Below are positions 1 through 8,558 of a stretch of DNA of 64,000 bases, one piece after another. A program made the translations under genes and the position numbers. The notes beneath the pieces were generated by a model that was not told where the DNA came from, made no database searches, and saw nothing but the letters and a program-made list of their open reading frames with translations. The stretch's first letter is position 1. Each line of letters starts with the position of its first letter. The stretch lies in IMG/VR virus record IMGVR_UViG_3300030385_002649, positions 248,001 to 312,000 of that record; one strand, given 5' to 3'.

Positions 1-723
1 AATACCACCATCGGCTATGACAGGAATCTTTTTCCACCTAGCATATTGGCTAACCCTATAAATCGCAGTAGCTTGAGACCTACCACAAGCCATAACTTCC
101 TGAGTGGTGCAAATAGATCCAGGGCCCATCCCGACACGCAACATGTCAGCCCCAGCTTCACACAAAACATTAGCTTGCTGTTGAGTGACCACATTACCAG
201 CTATCACCCCGATACCACCATGTACATCCTTGATATACTTAATCATATCAACTTGATACTTAGAACAGCCCTGCGCAGAATCAATTAAAATGATGTTGAC
301 ACCCGCCTTAATCAATTCAACGACACGAAGCTTATCCTCTTCGCGAGTAGAAACAGCACAAATAGCCTTAGCTCCAATCTTACGAACTTTATGAACATCA
401 GCACACTGGTCGCTGACGCTCATCGACCCATGGATAACACCGGCAGCCCCGGCTGCAGCCATAGCAGCGGCCATTCTACCATCAGTCACCGTATCCATAG
501 GGCTAGATATAATAGGAAGGCTCATTCCTGCGATGGGTCCGCTAAGATTAACATCGTCAACAGAAAAATGAGTATAGCCAGGCAAGAAGTTAAAGTCGTC
601 AAAAGACCTGCCAACCGCCAACCTATCTCCAAAGACCTCTTCTATCCTTAACCCGTCATAATTCACCTTGTTCCAAGACGAGTCGAACGGAAAATCAGGT
701 CTCGTGCGAACTGGATTATTCAT
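1..723 (-). CDS. guaB: IMP dehydrogenase (IMPDH/GMPR family), CBS-less, 3' end runs off the window
   Basis: Not in the ORF track; translated by hand from ATG 723 (ATGA overlap with the upstream stop): MNNPVR...FDDFNFLPG...IISSPMDTVT...IDSAQG...VIAGNVVT...LRVGMGPGSICTTQEVMACGR...IPVIADGGI. These are canonical IMPDH motifs including the catalytic Cys loop. Confidence 0.93.
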   Translation of the reverse strand, partial: MNNPVRTRPDFPFDSSWNKVNYDGLRIEEVFGDRLAVGRSFDDFNFLPGYTHFSVDDVNLSGPIAGMSLPIISSPMDTVTDGRMAAAMAAAGAAGVIHGSMSVSDQCADVHKVRKIGAKAICAVSTREEDKLRVVELIKAGVNIILIDSAQGCSKYQVDMIKYIKDVHGGIGVIAGNVVTQQQANVLCEAGADMLRVGMGPGSICTTQEVMACGRSQATAIYRVSQYARWKKIPVIADGGI

Positions 724-1133
724 GTCATTTCCTTAGTCAATACTGTGACGACGTGGCCGTCCTTAATCTGAACCCTGTGAGAAATCTCTCCATCAGGACC
801 ATTAACCGGATAAGAACCAGGATTGGTCCCCATCTTACGAATAAAATCCTGAGTCTCCTCAGGAAGAATGATCTTCCTCAAAGCAGGAACGTCAATTTCA
901 GAAATCCTCTCAAGGTACCGAGCGATAGCGTGATCTGTAACAGGAATGCCACGAGTCTTACCCTCAACAGCCAAAATTTGTCTTTCTAGTTCCTTATCCT
1001 CATCGATTAGATCATTAATCCTCTTCGACATGGCCTTCTGCTCGGTCTTCAACGCCGTCAACTCCCTCTTTAGAATTATCCTGTTCTTTATTAGCGCTCT
1101 CGTTTTTGAGCTTTTTCTTTTTTCCTTGCTCAC
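720..1133 (-). CDS. hypothetical protein: coiled coil plus C-terminal TDHAxxRYLER domain
   Basis: ORF 720..1298; likely start GTG 1133. The upstream part overlaps the HslV-like gene. Confidence 0.6.
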   Translation of the reverse strand: MSKEKRKSSKTRALIKNRIILKRELTALKTEQKAMSKRINDLIDEDKELERQILAVEGKTRGIPVTDHAIARYLERISEIDVPALRKIILPEETQDFIRKMGTNPGSYPVNGPDGEISHRVQIKDGHVVTVLTKEMT

Positions 1134-1689
1134 TTTTAGAGCCTTTCTTAAGATTAATCTTGTGAATTGTGAACGGAGCCGAAACCGTTTGGGAATAATA
1201 AGCGGCAGCTTCAAGAGCCTTCTTAACCCTACCGTAGGAATCTTTATCATCCTTAGTAGCGTGGAGAGAGCCGAGCGCAAATTCAACGCCGGACCCAATA
1301 GCGATCATTCCATCAGAGACTTCGGTCACGCTATAACTCTCATCAATTTCAAACAACCTCCCCAAAAAGCTGATTAGAAAACGGTTTTCTTGTTGCACGT
1401 CGCCTTCGGTTTTTAGGGGGCCAGCTAGGTTAAGACAGTTGCGCATTGAATTGGCGAAGTTAATGACCATGTACTCGTGAAGGTCTTTTTTGCGGAAACC
1501 TGGAGGAATCTTCAACCCATACTGGATCACCTGTCCCACCCTAAGTGAACCACAATAACCAATGGTAAATTGCCCTTTTTTAAAAACCTTGGGTTGTAAC
1601 ATTAGGTGAATTCTTTCGCCATCGTTTATGGCATGATCTCCACCGATGATAATCTCACTTTCGGTTTTGAGTCCAACTATACAGGTCAT
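1015..1689 (-). CDS. HslV/proteasome-beta-like Ntn peptidase
   Basis: N-terminal M-T-CIVG (Thr nucleophile), PKVF, GYCGS, AIGSG..FALG motifs; AAGGAG RBS. Confidence 0.8.
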   Translation of the reverse strand: MTCIVGLKTESEIIIGGDHAINDGERIHLMLQPKVFKKGQFTIGYCGSLRVGQVIQYGLKIPPGFRKKDLHEYMVINFANSMRNCLNLAGPLKTEGDVQQENRFLISFLGRLFEIDESYSVTEVSDGMIAIGSGVEFALGSLHATKDDKDSYGRVKKALEAAAYYSQTVSAPFTIHKINLKKGSKSEQGKKKKLKNESANKEQDNSKEGVDGVEDRAEGHVEED

Positions 1690-1697
1690 TGCTCCTT

Positions 1698-1743
1698 AAA
1701 TACGACGGTACTAATATTATCCAGTGCTACATTGGCTGTATTT
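1698..1743. promoter_or_regulatory. divergent pair of GTATTT promoter-like motifs
   Basis: GTATTTAA on - (core 1703-1698) before the HslV-like gene and on + (core 1738-1743) before the structured region. Confidence 0.5.
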
Positions 1744-1746
1744 AAC

Positions 1747-2057
1747 GGTGGCTGCCCCTCTATGTTGGCAGTCCGAGGGCCCGAAAAACCCTCGGCAGAT
1801 ATTGGATCTCGACCTTTCCAGTTATAGGAAGAGCATGATAAGAGGAATCGTGAAGTTGTCTGTAACAAACTATTCAACGAGAACCCAGGACAATAAACGC
1901 CTGGACTCCCCGTTAAAACTGGACGAAGGGGCGAAGCCCCCCGTAAAAAACCCAAGTAGGAGAGAGTGCCCCCAGAGGATTTATAGGTTTTGAATCTGGC
2001 CAGACTGCTGTTTAACAGCCGCCCCATCGCGTATAGCGACCCTGGATTTATCGATCC
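1747..2057 (+). ncRNA. candidate structured ncRNA 1 (family unknown)
   Basis: At least 6 local hairpins plus a terminal helix GGTGGCTG(1747-54)/CAGCCGCC(2016-23) followed by CCA. G-U pairs favour the + strand. No credible ORF. Confidence 0.5.
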
Positions 2058-2097
2058 TGCACGTAGAAGATCAAGCACAATAGCGAAAAAAGCAAAA

Positions 2098-2361
2098 ATG
2101 TCAACTTACAACCCAAATAGAATCAACAAAATAAAAGAACGCACTAACCGCATACAAAAAGAAATCACGCAATTATTAGGCTTAAAATCAGGACGTGCCG
2201 TCATAAGGCAAATAAAACAAGCAAGAGGCATAAAAGAAGATCAAGCAACATGGTACTCAGAACAAATCAGAGTCGAATCTAGACTCGCACTGCTAAAACA
2301 GCAACTAAGCATTGTCAACGAACAACTAACAATTGAAGATTTAAGAGCTAACAACTTCTAA
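2098..2361 (+). CDS. small basic helical protein (87 aa)
   Basis: ORF 1990..2361; likely start ATG 2098 (MSTYNPNRINKIKER...). Confidence 0.6.
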   Translation: MSTYNPNRINKIKERTNRIQKEITQLLGLKSGRAVIRQIKQARGIKEDQATWYSEQIRVESRLALLKQQLSIVNEQLTIEDLRANNF

Positions 2362-2384
2362 CGCGTGTAGAAATAAAGCAAAAA

Positions 2385-2780
2385 GGTGTCCCGAGAGGGA
2401 GGGGATTCCGATGGCGGTAACGTCTAGGAATCATACATGCAGGTGTATGAGCGACTATGGGCCTCTACTTGGTAGCGACCTCACAAATAGTGAGGTTCTT
2501 ATTAGTACCAGTGCGGAGATCGTAGGATATAGGAATTGTCTAAAGAAGTCAAAAACATGACGCTAGTTCGTGATAAGCCCCAAGGGGTGATGCATCCTGT
2601 CAGGGAAGTGTCTATCAACGCTACAACCAGGGTAGCTGCAGGTAGAACGCACCTGTTGTTTTTGAACGCCTATATTACTGATTTCAACCCACTAAAAACA
2701 TCATGCTGTGGTTCTTATGGACCGGTGATTTCGGTCACCACCTAAGAAATTTCAACTTCATTGTTTTTAGGGGCGCGACT
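2385..2780 (+). ncRNA. candidate structured ncRNA 2 (family unknown)
   Basis: About 10 helices including GAGA, GUAA and UUCG tetraloops and long-range pairs 2526-33/2669-76 and 2692-2700/2762-70. Every wobble seen is G-U on +. Confidence 0.6.
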
Positions 2781-2860
2781 GGGGCCAAACCTGTATATTG
2801 ATATTTTTAAGAATTATTATTTAACAATTAAACAGCAAACATAAGAAACAGGCAAAACTT

Positions 2861-3697
2861 ATGACCGCAAATCTCGAAAACCATATCCCCATAGGAGGCA
2901 CAGGATCAACAGGGTCAACCGGCGCAACAGGACCAACCGGCGCAACAGGGTCAACCGGCGCAGGCGTAGGAACAAAACAGCTAGATTTATTGCCTAGAGG
3001 TCTAACGCATGGTTACTGGCAGCCAGGCCAAGGAACAGGTTTAACAGCGTCAACAGCTACAGTCGGAACAGGATTCAACACTCCAACCAATACGGCTACT
3101 GGATCAGGCACAATTTATTCTGAAGGCATAAACTCTTATGGGCCTCACATTGAAATCGACGCCCCAGGCGCTGGTCTCGCAGCCTGGTCACATAGTTCTG
3201 ACGCACTAGTAGACCCTTCAGCACTTCCCAGATTCATTTATAGAGCAGGAATAGAGCTTAATGCTGAAGGGATCGGAGCTGCTAACCCAGTTGGTCAGGT
3301 TTTATTTGGACTAACTTCGTCTGCTCCGACAAACGCCGTGCTCGACTTTACTACAGCCACTGAAGCGATTTGGGTTGAAGTTATTGGTGACTTCAATACT
3401 CTCTCGACTTGGTCGATTAATAGGAGGATTGGAAGCGCTACAAAAACTGCTACTGATACGGGCATAACTCCTCCGAACGGTGAGGAGCCAACATATGTCA
3501 TCTTCGAATGGGCTTCGACAACTTCTGTGACTGTAACATTATTGAACTCATCATATACTTCATTGTATACGACCACCTTTTCTGGGGCACCTGAGGTTCC
3601 TTCTCCGACTACGGCGTATTGTTTGTTTATTAGATCTGGCGACACTAAGTCGAAATATCTTTATTTCTATGGCGCAATGCTCGACTTTGATGGCTAA
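2861..3697 (+). CDS. putative virion protein with collagen-like GxT repeats
   Basis: [24 protein letters not shown] followed by a Thr/Gly-rich beta domain. Confidence 0.6.
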   Translation: MTANLENHIPIGGTGSTGSTGATGPTGATGSTGAGVGTKQLDLLPRGLTHGYWQPGQGTGLTASTATVGTGFNTPTNTATGSGTIYSEGINSYGPHIEIDAPGAGLAAWSHSSDALVDPSALPRFIYRAGIELNAEGIGAANPVGQVLFGLTSSAPTNAVLDFTTATEAIWVEVIGDFNTLSTWSINRRIGSATKTATDTGITPPNGEEPTYVIFEWASTTSVTVTLLNSSYTSLYTTTFSGAPEVPSPTTAYCLFIRSGDTKSKYLYFYGAMLDFDG

Positions 3698-3735
3698 ATC
3701 ATCAAAGATAAGCAAAGCTTTGGAAATGCGTTTAG

Positions 3736-4116
3736 GTGACCTGTAAAGTAATACTCATCGAGACGAGAAATTTAGGAGACTGGAATTTCTCTAGTCCAAA
3801 ACCTTTAGCGAACATTGGCCGAGAAACAGTTTTAGCCAGGTTGCAACGTCAAATAGGTGAAATGGGATTAGACCCAATCGTGCTTACTGACGACTACGAT
3901 ATAATGGCGGCTTCAAAGAAAGTGCATGTGGGAGACGAACTCCCCGAACACTTCGCCATATTGCCCGGGAACGTGATTCACCCGACTTACATGTCCGTTT
4001 TGAACTGCATTCACGACAAGCCAGATGATATGTCGTATAGTATTGACACAATTGATGATTATTGGGGTTTCGTGCAGGAAGCGCTGAACTCTGGTGAGCT
4101 GGATTCTACCGAATGA
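3736..4116 (+). CDS. degenerate sugar-nucleotidyltransferase-like protein
   Basis: PKPLANIG.ETVLAR resembles the NTP_transferase N-terminus, but the Gly-rich loop is missing. Confidence 0.4.
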   Translation: MTCKVILIETRNLGDWNFSSPKPLANIGRETVLARLQRQIGEMGLDPIVLTDDYDIMAASKKVHVGDELPEHFAILPGNVIHPTYMSVLNCIHDKPDDMSYSIDTIDDYWGFVQEALNSGELDSTE

Positions 4117-4147
4117 TTTTTTGGTATTTCAACATGAGAGGTTTGCA

Positions 4148-4468
4148 ATGCAAGAGCAAAAAAACACGACTATGCGAATTGGTCGTTCACACGCTAAAGT
4201 ATTATTGGACTGGTTTTCATTTCAAGAGCAATGTGATATTAGGATCGAAAGCTCCTCTATCCACATGGACGAGGTCAAGTTTTCAAACAAGCTAAGGACC
4301 ATCATCGGCAAGCTAAAAAAGCACCGTAGCGGCTCATATGTCAATATCAACTCGATTGAAGCAGGCATGGCATACGAATGGTTCGAAAAGATCCCGAACC
4401 TCCTAATAGACGGTAAAGATCAAAAAATGTATGGAATTCTACAAAACTTCTTCAAAAAGAATCTATAA
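4148..4468 (+). CDS. hypothetical protein
   Basis: ORF 4094..4468; ATG 4148 with GAGG RBS. Confidence 0.6.
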   Translation: MQEQKNTTMRIGRSHAKVLLDWFSFQEQCDIRIESSSIHMDEVKFSNKLRTIIGKLKKHRSGSYVNINSIEAGMAYEWFEKIPNLLIDGKDQKMYGILQNFFKKNL

Positions 4469-5136
4469 TGTTAAGAATTGTGGCGGTTAGTGACACTCAC
4501 GGTCGACATGAAGACGTTAATATCTCCCACGGCGATGTTCTAATTCACTGTGGGGATTTTTCAAATCATGGGACAGAAAAAGATTTCTTCTTATTCCTAA
4601 ATTGGCTCCAATCCCAGCCTCACGAACACAAACTCTTTACTCCGGGGAACCATGACGAATGGGTAGAACAAAATCTTTCTCTAGCTAAATCGATTGTTGA
4701 AGACACGCCGGGTGTCACAATGTTGATAAACGAAGAACACTGTATTGATGGTGTAAAATTCTTCGGATCTCCATTTGTTCCCACTTTTGGCGACTGGTCA
4801 TTCATGTTAGATAGGGATATAATCGGCAGGAAATGGGAACAAATCCCAGAAGATGTGACTGTTCTTTTCACACATGGCCCTGCTTATGGGCACGGCGACT
4901 TGGCTCCACCTTGGGGTTGTTCCTCATTGAGAGGAAAAGTGGCGGGCGATATCGACCTATTGCTTAGGATTAAAGAGGTTAAGCCGCAGCTTCACTTGTT
5001 TGGGCATATTCATGGTGGCTATGGTCGGACTAAATCTGATGCTGTTCCTGAGACGTTGTTTATCAATTGTGCTGTTTGTACTGAAAAGTACAGCCCTGAC
5101 AACACCGCTCAAGTTGTCAATATGCACAACTTATAA
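4468..5136 (+). CDS. calcineurin-like metallophosphoesterase
   Basis: SDTHG, HCGD, GNHD, THGP and GHIH motifs. Confidence 0.92.
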   Translation: MLRIVAVSDTHGRHEDVNISHGDVLIHCGDFSNHGTEKDFFLFLNWLQSQPHEHKLFTPGNHDEWVEQNLSLAKSIVEDTPGVTMLINEEHCIDGVKFFGSPFVPTFGDWSFMLDRDIIGRKWEQIPEDVTVLFTHGPAYGHGDLAPPWGCSSLRGKVAGDIDLLLRIKEVKPQLHLFGHIHGGYGRTKSDAVPETLFINCAVCTEKYSPDNTAQVVNMHNL

Positions 5137-5609
5137 TGGATACAATCTACCTTTTAAAAAGGTTCGATGCGGCAAGGTTTATAGGGTCTAAAATAAATGT
5201 GGAAGAACGCAACGATTGGCATCCTTATTTTAGACCATGGAGATGGGATGTTTCCGGTTATTTTACTGTGGTGAAAACCCTATTGTCACCTCAAGCGATT
5301 GTATTAGATGACTCTTCTTATCTAAAAATTTTATGTTATCCATTCTTCGCCAATAAAACAGGTCGATTCATTTCTCTTGATGAGTTTTATAGTGATGAGC
5401 CTGTGCTTTGTGTTGACTCTGAAAGGGCTGATGGCGTGCCTGAGAGTTATTTGTATGACTGCTCAGATTTATACAGAATTGAATTATCTGATGGAAAACT
5501 ATGCGCAGAAAAGGTCGATCAGGGTAAATATGCTAGTCTAATTGACTGGATGACTAAGCATGTACCATGGCACGTGAATCCGGGTGTAAAACTCTCGTTG
5601 GGGCATTAA
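5136..5609 (+). CDS. hypothetical protein
   Basis: translationally coupled ORF (TAATG). Confidence 0.6.
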   Translation: MDTIYLLKRFDAARFIGSKINVEERNDWHPYFRPWRWDVSGYFTVVKTLLSPQAIVLDDSSYLKILCYPFFANKTGRFISLDEFYSDEPVLCVDSERADGVPESYLYDCSDLYRIELSDGKLCAEKVDQGKYASLIDWMTKHVPWHVNPGVKLSLGH

Positions 5610-5959
5610 TCTGCGAGCTGTGTGAGCACGCCACTAAAGAACTACCCCCAAGACTTGAAAAACTTTTAACTATAAGAACGGAAAACCGGGGCCAGGCCGT
5701 GTGGGGTAGGACTATATGGAATTATGCTAAAGAAGCTGCCTTTCATGATCTGTTTGTCGGTTTCGATATCGACGGTGTTAAACGCACAAAATTAGTAATA
5801 ACCATTTTGATTGGGTGCGAAGACGCTGGAGTGGTTGCGGTCAATCGAATTGGCTTTGGGACCATCTTTCAAGATGATATTATTGAGCGATTGAAGCTCG
5901 AAATTTCTAACGTTATAAGAGAAGCAGATGACTTACTTAAAGCCCAAACTTGCAGCTGA
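5567..5959 (+). CDS. hypothetical protein
   Basis: ORF within the operon. Confidence 0.5.
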   Translation: MARESGCKTLVGALICELCEHATKELPPRLEKLLTIRTENRGQAVWGRTIWNYAKEAAFHDLFVGFDIDGVKRTKLVITILIGCEDAGVVAVNRIGFGTIFQDDIIERLKLEISNVIREADDLLKAQTCS

Positions 5960-6197
5960 ACACCTACTTTCCACTTTAAAGAAAGACTTCCCAGATGGCG
6001 AAGGCGGAGTGGACGTTCGGGTGGCCGCCAAAACAATTTTCGGGATTGTGGACGATTCTCGAATTAGATCTATGCAGTCGGTAGTAGATTTCCCGACGTG
6101 CAATATACACTCTTATTTGGTGTGGGATTATGTTGGTCTCCGACTCACGTCGGTATTTGAGAAAAATGGCCGAATCAATTGTCGAAGTAGCAGTTAA
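5928..6197 (+). CDS. hypothetical protein
   Basis: ORF within the operon. Confidence 0.5.
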   Translation: MTYLKPKLAAEHLLSTLKKDFPDGEGGVDVRVAAKTIFGIVDDSRIRSMQSVVDFPTCNIHSYLVWDYVGLRLTSVFEKNGRINCRSSS

Positions 6198-7695
6198 CCT
6201 TACTCAAGCCGAGCGAAAAGCCGCCGACGTTTCCTATCCAGGACCACAGGAGTTTGTGCACTTGCACAATCATACCCTGTTTAGTACACTAGACGGAATC
6301 GCAACGCCAGACGAATACTTCGGAGCGTGCGCCGAATTAGGTCACCCCGCTTTTTCTATTACCGACCACGGTAGCATGGCTGCGATTCCAGACGCCTATT
6401 GGGCCGCCAAAAAGCATAAGACCAAGTTCATTGCCGGGTGTGAGATCTACTTCAACGATTTTCACCAAGAACTTGAAGAGAAGCAAGCGAACCCAGACTG
6501 GAAGTTAGGAGCACTCAAAGCCCCTAAAGCTGCCACCTCTGTCGATTATGACATGATGGTAGGAAACGAAGAATGGGGCAAGTATAGGCGCAATCGACAT
6601 CTTACGGTTATGGCTATGAATATGGGAGGATATAGAAATCTCATCCACATGACTAGTGAAGCCTGGGAAATTGGTTTTTATTACAAACCAAGAGTCTGGT
6701 TCGACCAAATCAAGAAATATAACAAGGGCCTCATCATCTTGTCCGGATGCTTGAATGGTCCTGTTTGTCACGCTCTACGAGAAGCCGCAAAATGGGCTAA
6801 GATCTCTCGTGGCAAGCTTAAAGCTGATAAATTCGGAAGGCCAATCCACATCAACTCATACGACGCTAAAAAACGACAGCAGCATTATATGGACGAAGCT
6901 CACATGTGGGTCAAGAAATTTAGGGATCTCTTAGGAGACCGCTTCTATCTAGAATTGCAAATGCCGGGTAAGGAAATCCCGTTTGGCAAAGAAGCCTTCG
7001 CTCTGATCTGTCAAATGGCAAAGAAATATGACATCGATGCGGTCGTTGCTAACGATTGTCACTTCACTCACCGTGCTGATTTTAAAGTGCAAAAATGCAT
7101 GATGGCGGTGGGCCAGGGCGTCCAAATCGACGATCCGAACCTGTTCCACGTAGACTCCGACGAGCAATTTTTTAAGAGTAGAGCACAGTTGAGAAAAACA
7201 TTTTTCGAAGGAGGATATGACAAGTATATCACGCCCGAAGAGTTCGAACAATGCCTTCAAAACACAGTCGAGCTATCAAAGCGGTGTGAAACATTCGACC
7301 CCGACTTGAACCCGAAGCTCCCATCCATCCCAGATGCTGAACCTAAATTGAAGAAGCTAGTCATCGAGGCGTTAAAGAGCACTGGTTTGATGCATTCTGA
7401 TAAGAGATATATGGTCGATGGTAAAATGGTGACCCACAAAGAACAAGCCGCTATCGAATTGAAGCGTTATTGTGAAAAGGGCTTCGCTTCATACTTCTTG
7501 ATCATCAAGGATTTGATCGACTACTCTAAAACCAACCAATGGGACGTCGGACCTGGCCGTGGTAGCGCTGGAGGATCCTTAGTTTGTTATCTTCTTGGTA
7601 TTCATTCACTCGATCCTTTAAAGTGGGGTCTTAGTTCAGTTCGCTTTATGGGCGACAGCCGTGGTGGAGATATGCTCCGCGTATCTATGGATTAG
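6166..7695 (+). CDS. dnaE: DNA polymerase III alpha, N-terminal part (PHP domain plus start of palm)
   Basis: FVHLHNHT.FS.LDG, ITDHG, GCEIY, FYYKPR, LSGCLNG, NDCH, GPGRGSAGGSLVCYLLGI..DP; ends before PDIDIDF. ORF track start is 6130. Confidence 0.93.
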   Translation: MAESIVEVAVNLTQAERKAADVSYPGPQEFVHLHNHTLFSTLDGIATPDEYFGACAELGHPAFSITDHGSMAAIPDAYWAAKKHKTKFIAGCEIYFNDFHQELEEKQANPDWKLGALKAPKAATSVDYDMMVGNEEWGKYRRNRHLTVMAMNMGGYRNLIHMTSEAWEIGFYYKPRVWFDQIKKYNKGLIILSGCLNGPVCHALREAAKWAKISRGKLKADKFGRPIHINSYDAKKRQQHYMDEAHMWVKKFRDLLGDRFYLELQMPGKEIPFGKEAFALICQMAKKYDIDAVVANDCHFTHRADFKVQKCMMAVGQGVQIDDPNLFHVDSDEQFFKSRAQLRKTFFEGGYDKYITPEEFEQCLQNTVELSKRCETFDPDLNPKLPSIPDAEPKLKKLVIEALKSTGLMHSDKRYMVDGKMVTHKEQAAIELKRYCEKGFASYFLIIKDLIDYSKTNQWDVGPGRGSAGGSLVCYLLGIHSLDPLKWGLSSVRFMGDSRGGDMLRVSMD

Positions 7696-8154
7696 ATGAG
7701 CTATTCACGATTGTTGATAAAATTCCAAGAGGCTTTAGATTCTTACGCCTTATTGTCCCAATTTTCCGATCAGGATATGGAGAACCTTGGGTTTTCTGAT
7801 CAGATTAAGCTGGTCCTCTATAAATGGCCTGATATCGCTTCTTCTGCCCTCAACCTTATAATGCGCATGGAAGGGGAAGCGCATGAAGACGTTGTTTCCA
7901 ACGCTTGGCTTAGGTTGGAAAGGGATTTAGACGATACTATAGTACAGCCGGTCGCGGCGTTCTATGAGGGTTTAGCGGAAAAAACAAAACAAAGCATGGG
8001 AGGAGTTCCCATCAATGCAGTGATAAAACCGGAGGTTATACTTTCTTTAGATGCTATTAGCGCTAAGAAAGTTTATGTTGAATGTATTAACCATTTATTT
8101 GATGTTTTAGAAGCGGTAACTAAAACCAAATACCCAAGGATACAAACATCATGA
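7696..8154 (+). CDS. hypothetical protein
   Basis: ORF abutting the dnaE-N stop codon. Confidence 0.6.
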   Translation: MSYSRLLIKFQEALDSYALLSQFSDQDMENLGFSDQIKLVLYKWPDIASSALNLIMRMEGEAHEDVVSNAWLRLERDLDDTIVQPVAAFYEGLAEKTKQSMGGVPINAVIKPEVILSLDAISAKKVYVECINHLFDVLEAVTKTKYPRIQTS

Positions 8155-8546
8155 TCGAAATCGTTATAAATGGATACGGTAAAGTTTCCAAAAAAGCCAA
8201 TTTTGGTGTTTTGTTGAAGGATGATAGGGGCCAAACCCACCAAAGGATCGTCCCTTTGGAAGTGAAATCATCCTATGCGGCTGAGCTTCTAGGTATTAAG
8301 TATGGCTTGTTGACACTTCATGGCCGTGACTATGATATTCTTGTTAAGACCTCTTCCCCACACGTTTCTAAGTCGTTGACTAAGAAGGATGGGGAGTGGC
8401 CTAAGAGCAGGTCTAAGAGCATGGAGTTGTTGGACGAGATTAGAACTCTCGCTGAAGAGTTTGGAACTTTTGAGTGCGTTTTTGATAAGAGTAGTCCAGA
8501 GATGGATTACGTTAAAGAACTCGCTAGGAAACCAATTCGTTCTTAG
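8151..8546 (+). CDS. RNase HI-fold protein, probably inactive
   Basis: IVING..FGV..SSYAAELLG..ILVKTSS..W pattern follows RNase HI, but two catalytic Asp positions are N and S. Confidence 0.55.
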   Translation: MIEIVINGYGKVSKKANFGVLLKDDRGQTHQRIVPLEVKSSYAAELLGIKYGLLTLHGRDYDILVKTSSPHVSKSLTKKDGEWPKSRSKSMELLDEIRTLAEEFGTFECVFDKSSPEMDYVKELARKPIRS

Positions 8547-8558
8547 TATCTGAACCGT

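Noticed and set aside
46-651. + strand ORFs 46..288 and 391..651
   Set aside because: They are antisense shadows of the IMPDH gene on the - strand.
1686-2078. ORFs 1686..2078(-), 1724..1993(+) and 1606..1827(+)
   Set aside because: No RBS or protein-like motifs; the region is better explained by promoter motifs and RNA structure.
1747-2780. Group I/II intron, tmRNA, RNase P or true tRNA
   Set aside because: No P7 GACUA/UAGUC pairing with flanking exons, no domain V, no GAGGAAAGUCC, and no TTCRA T-arm found by eye.
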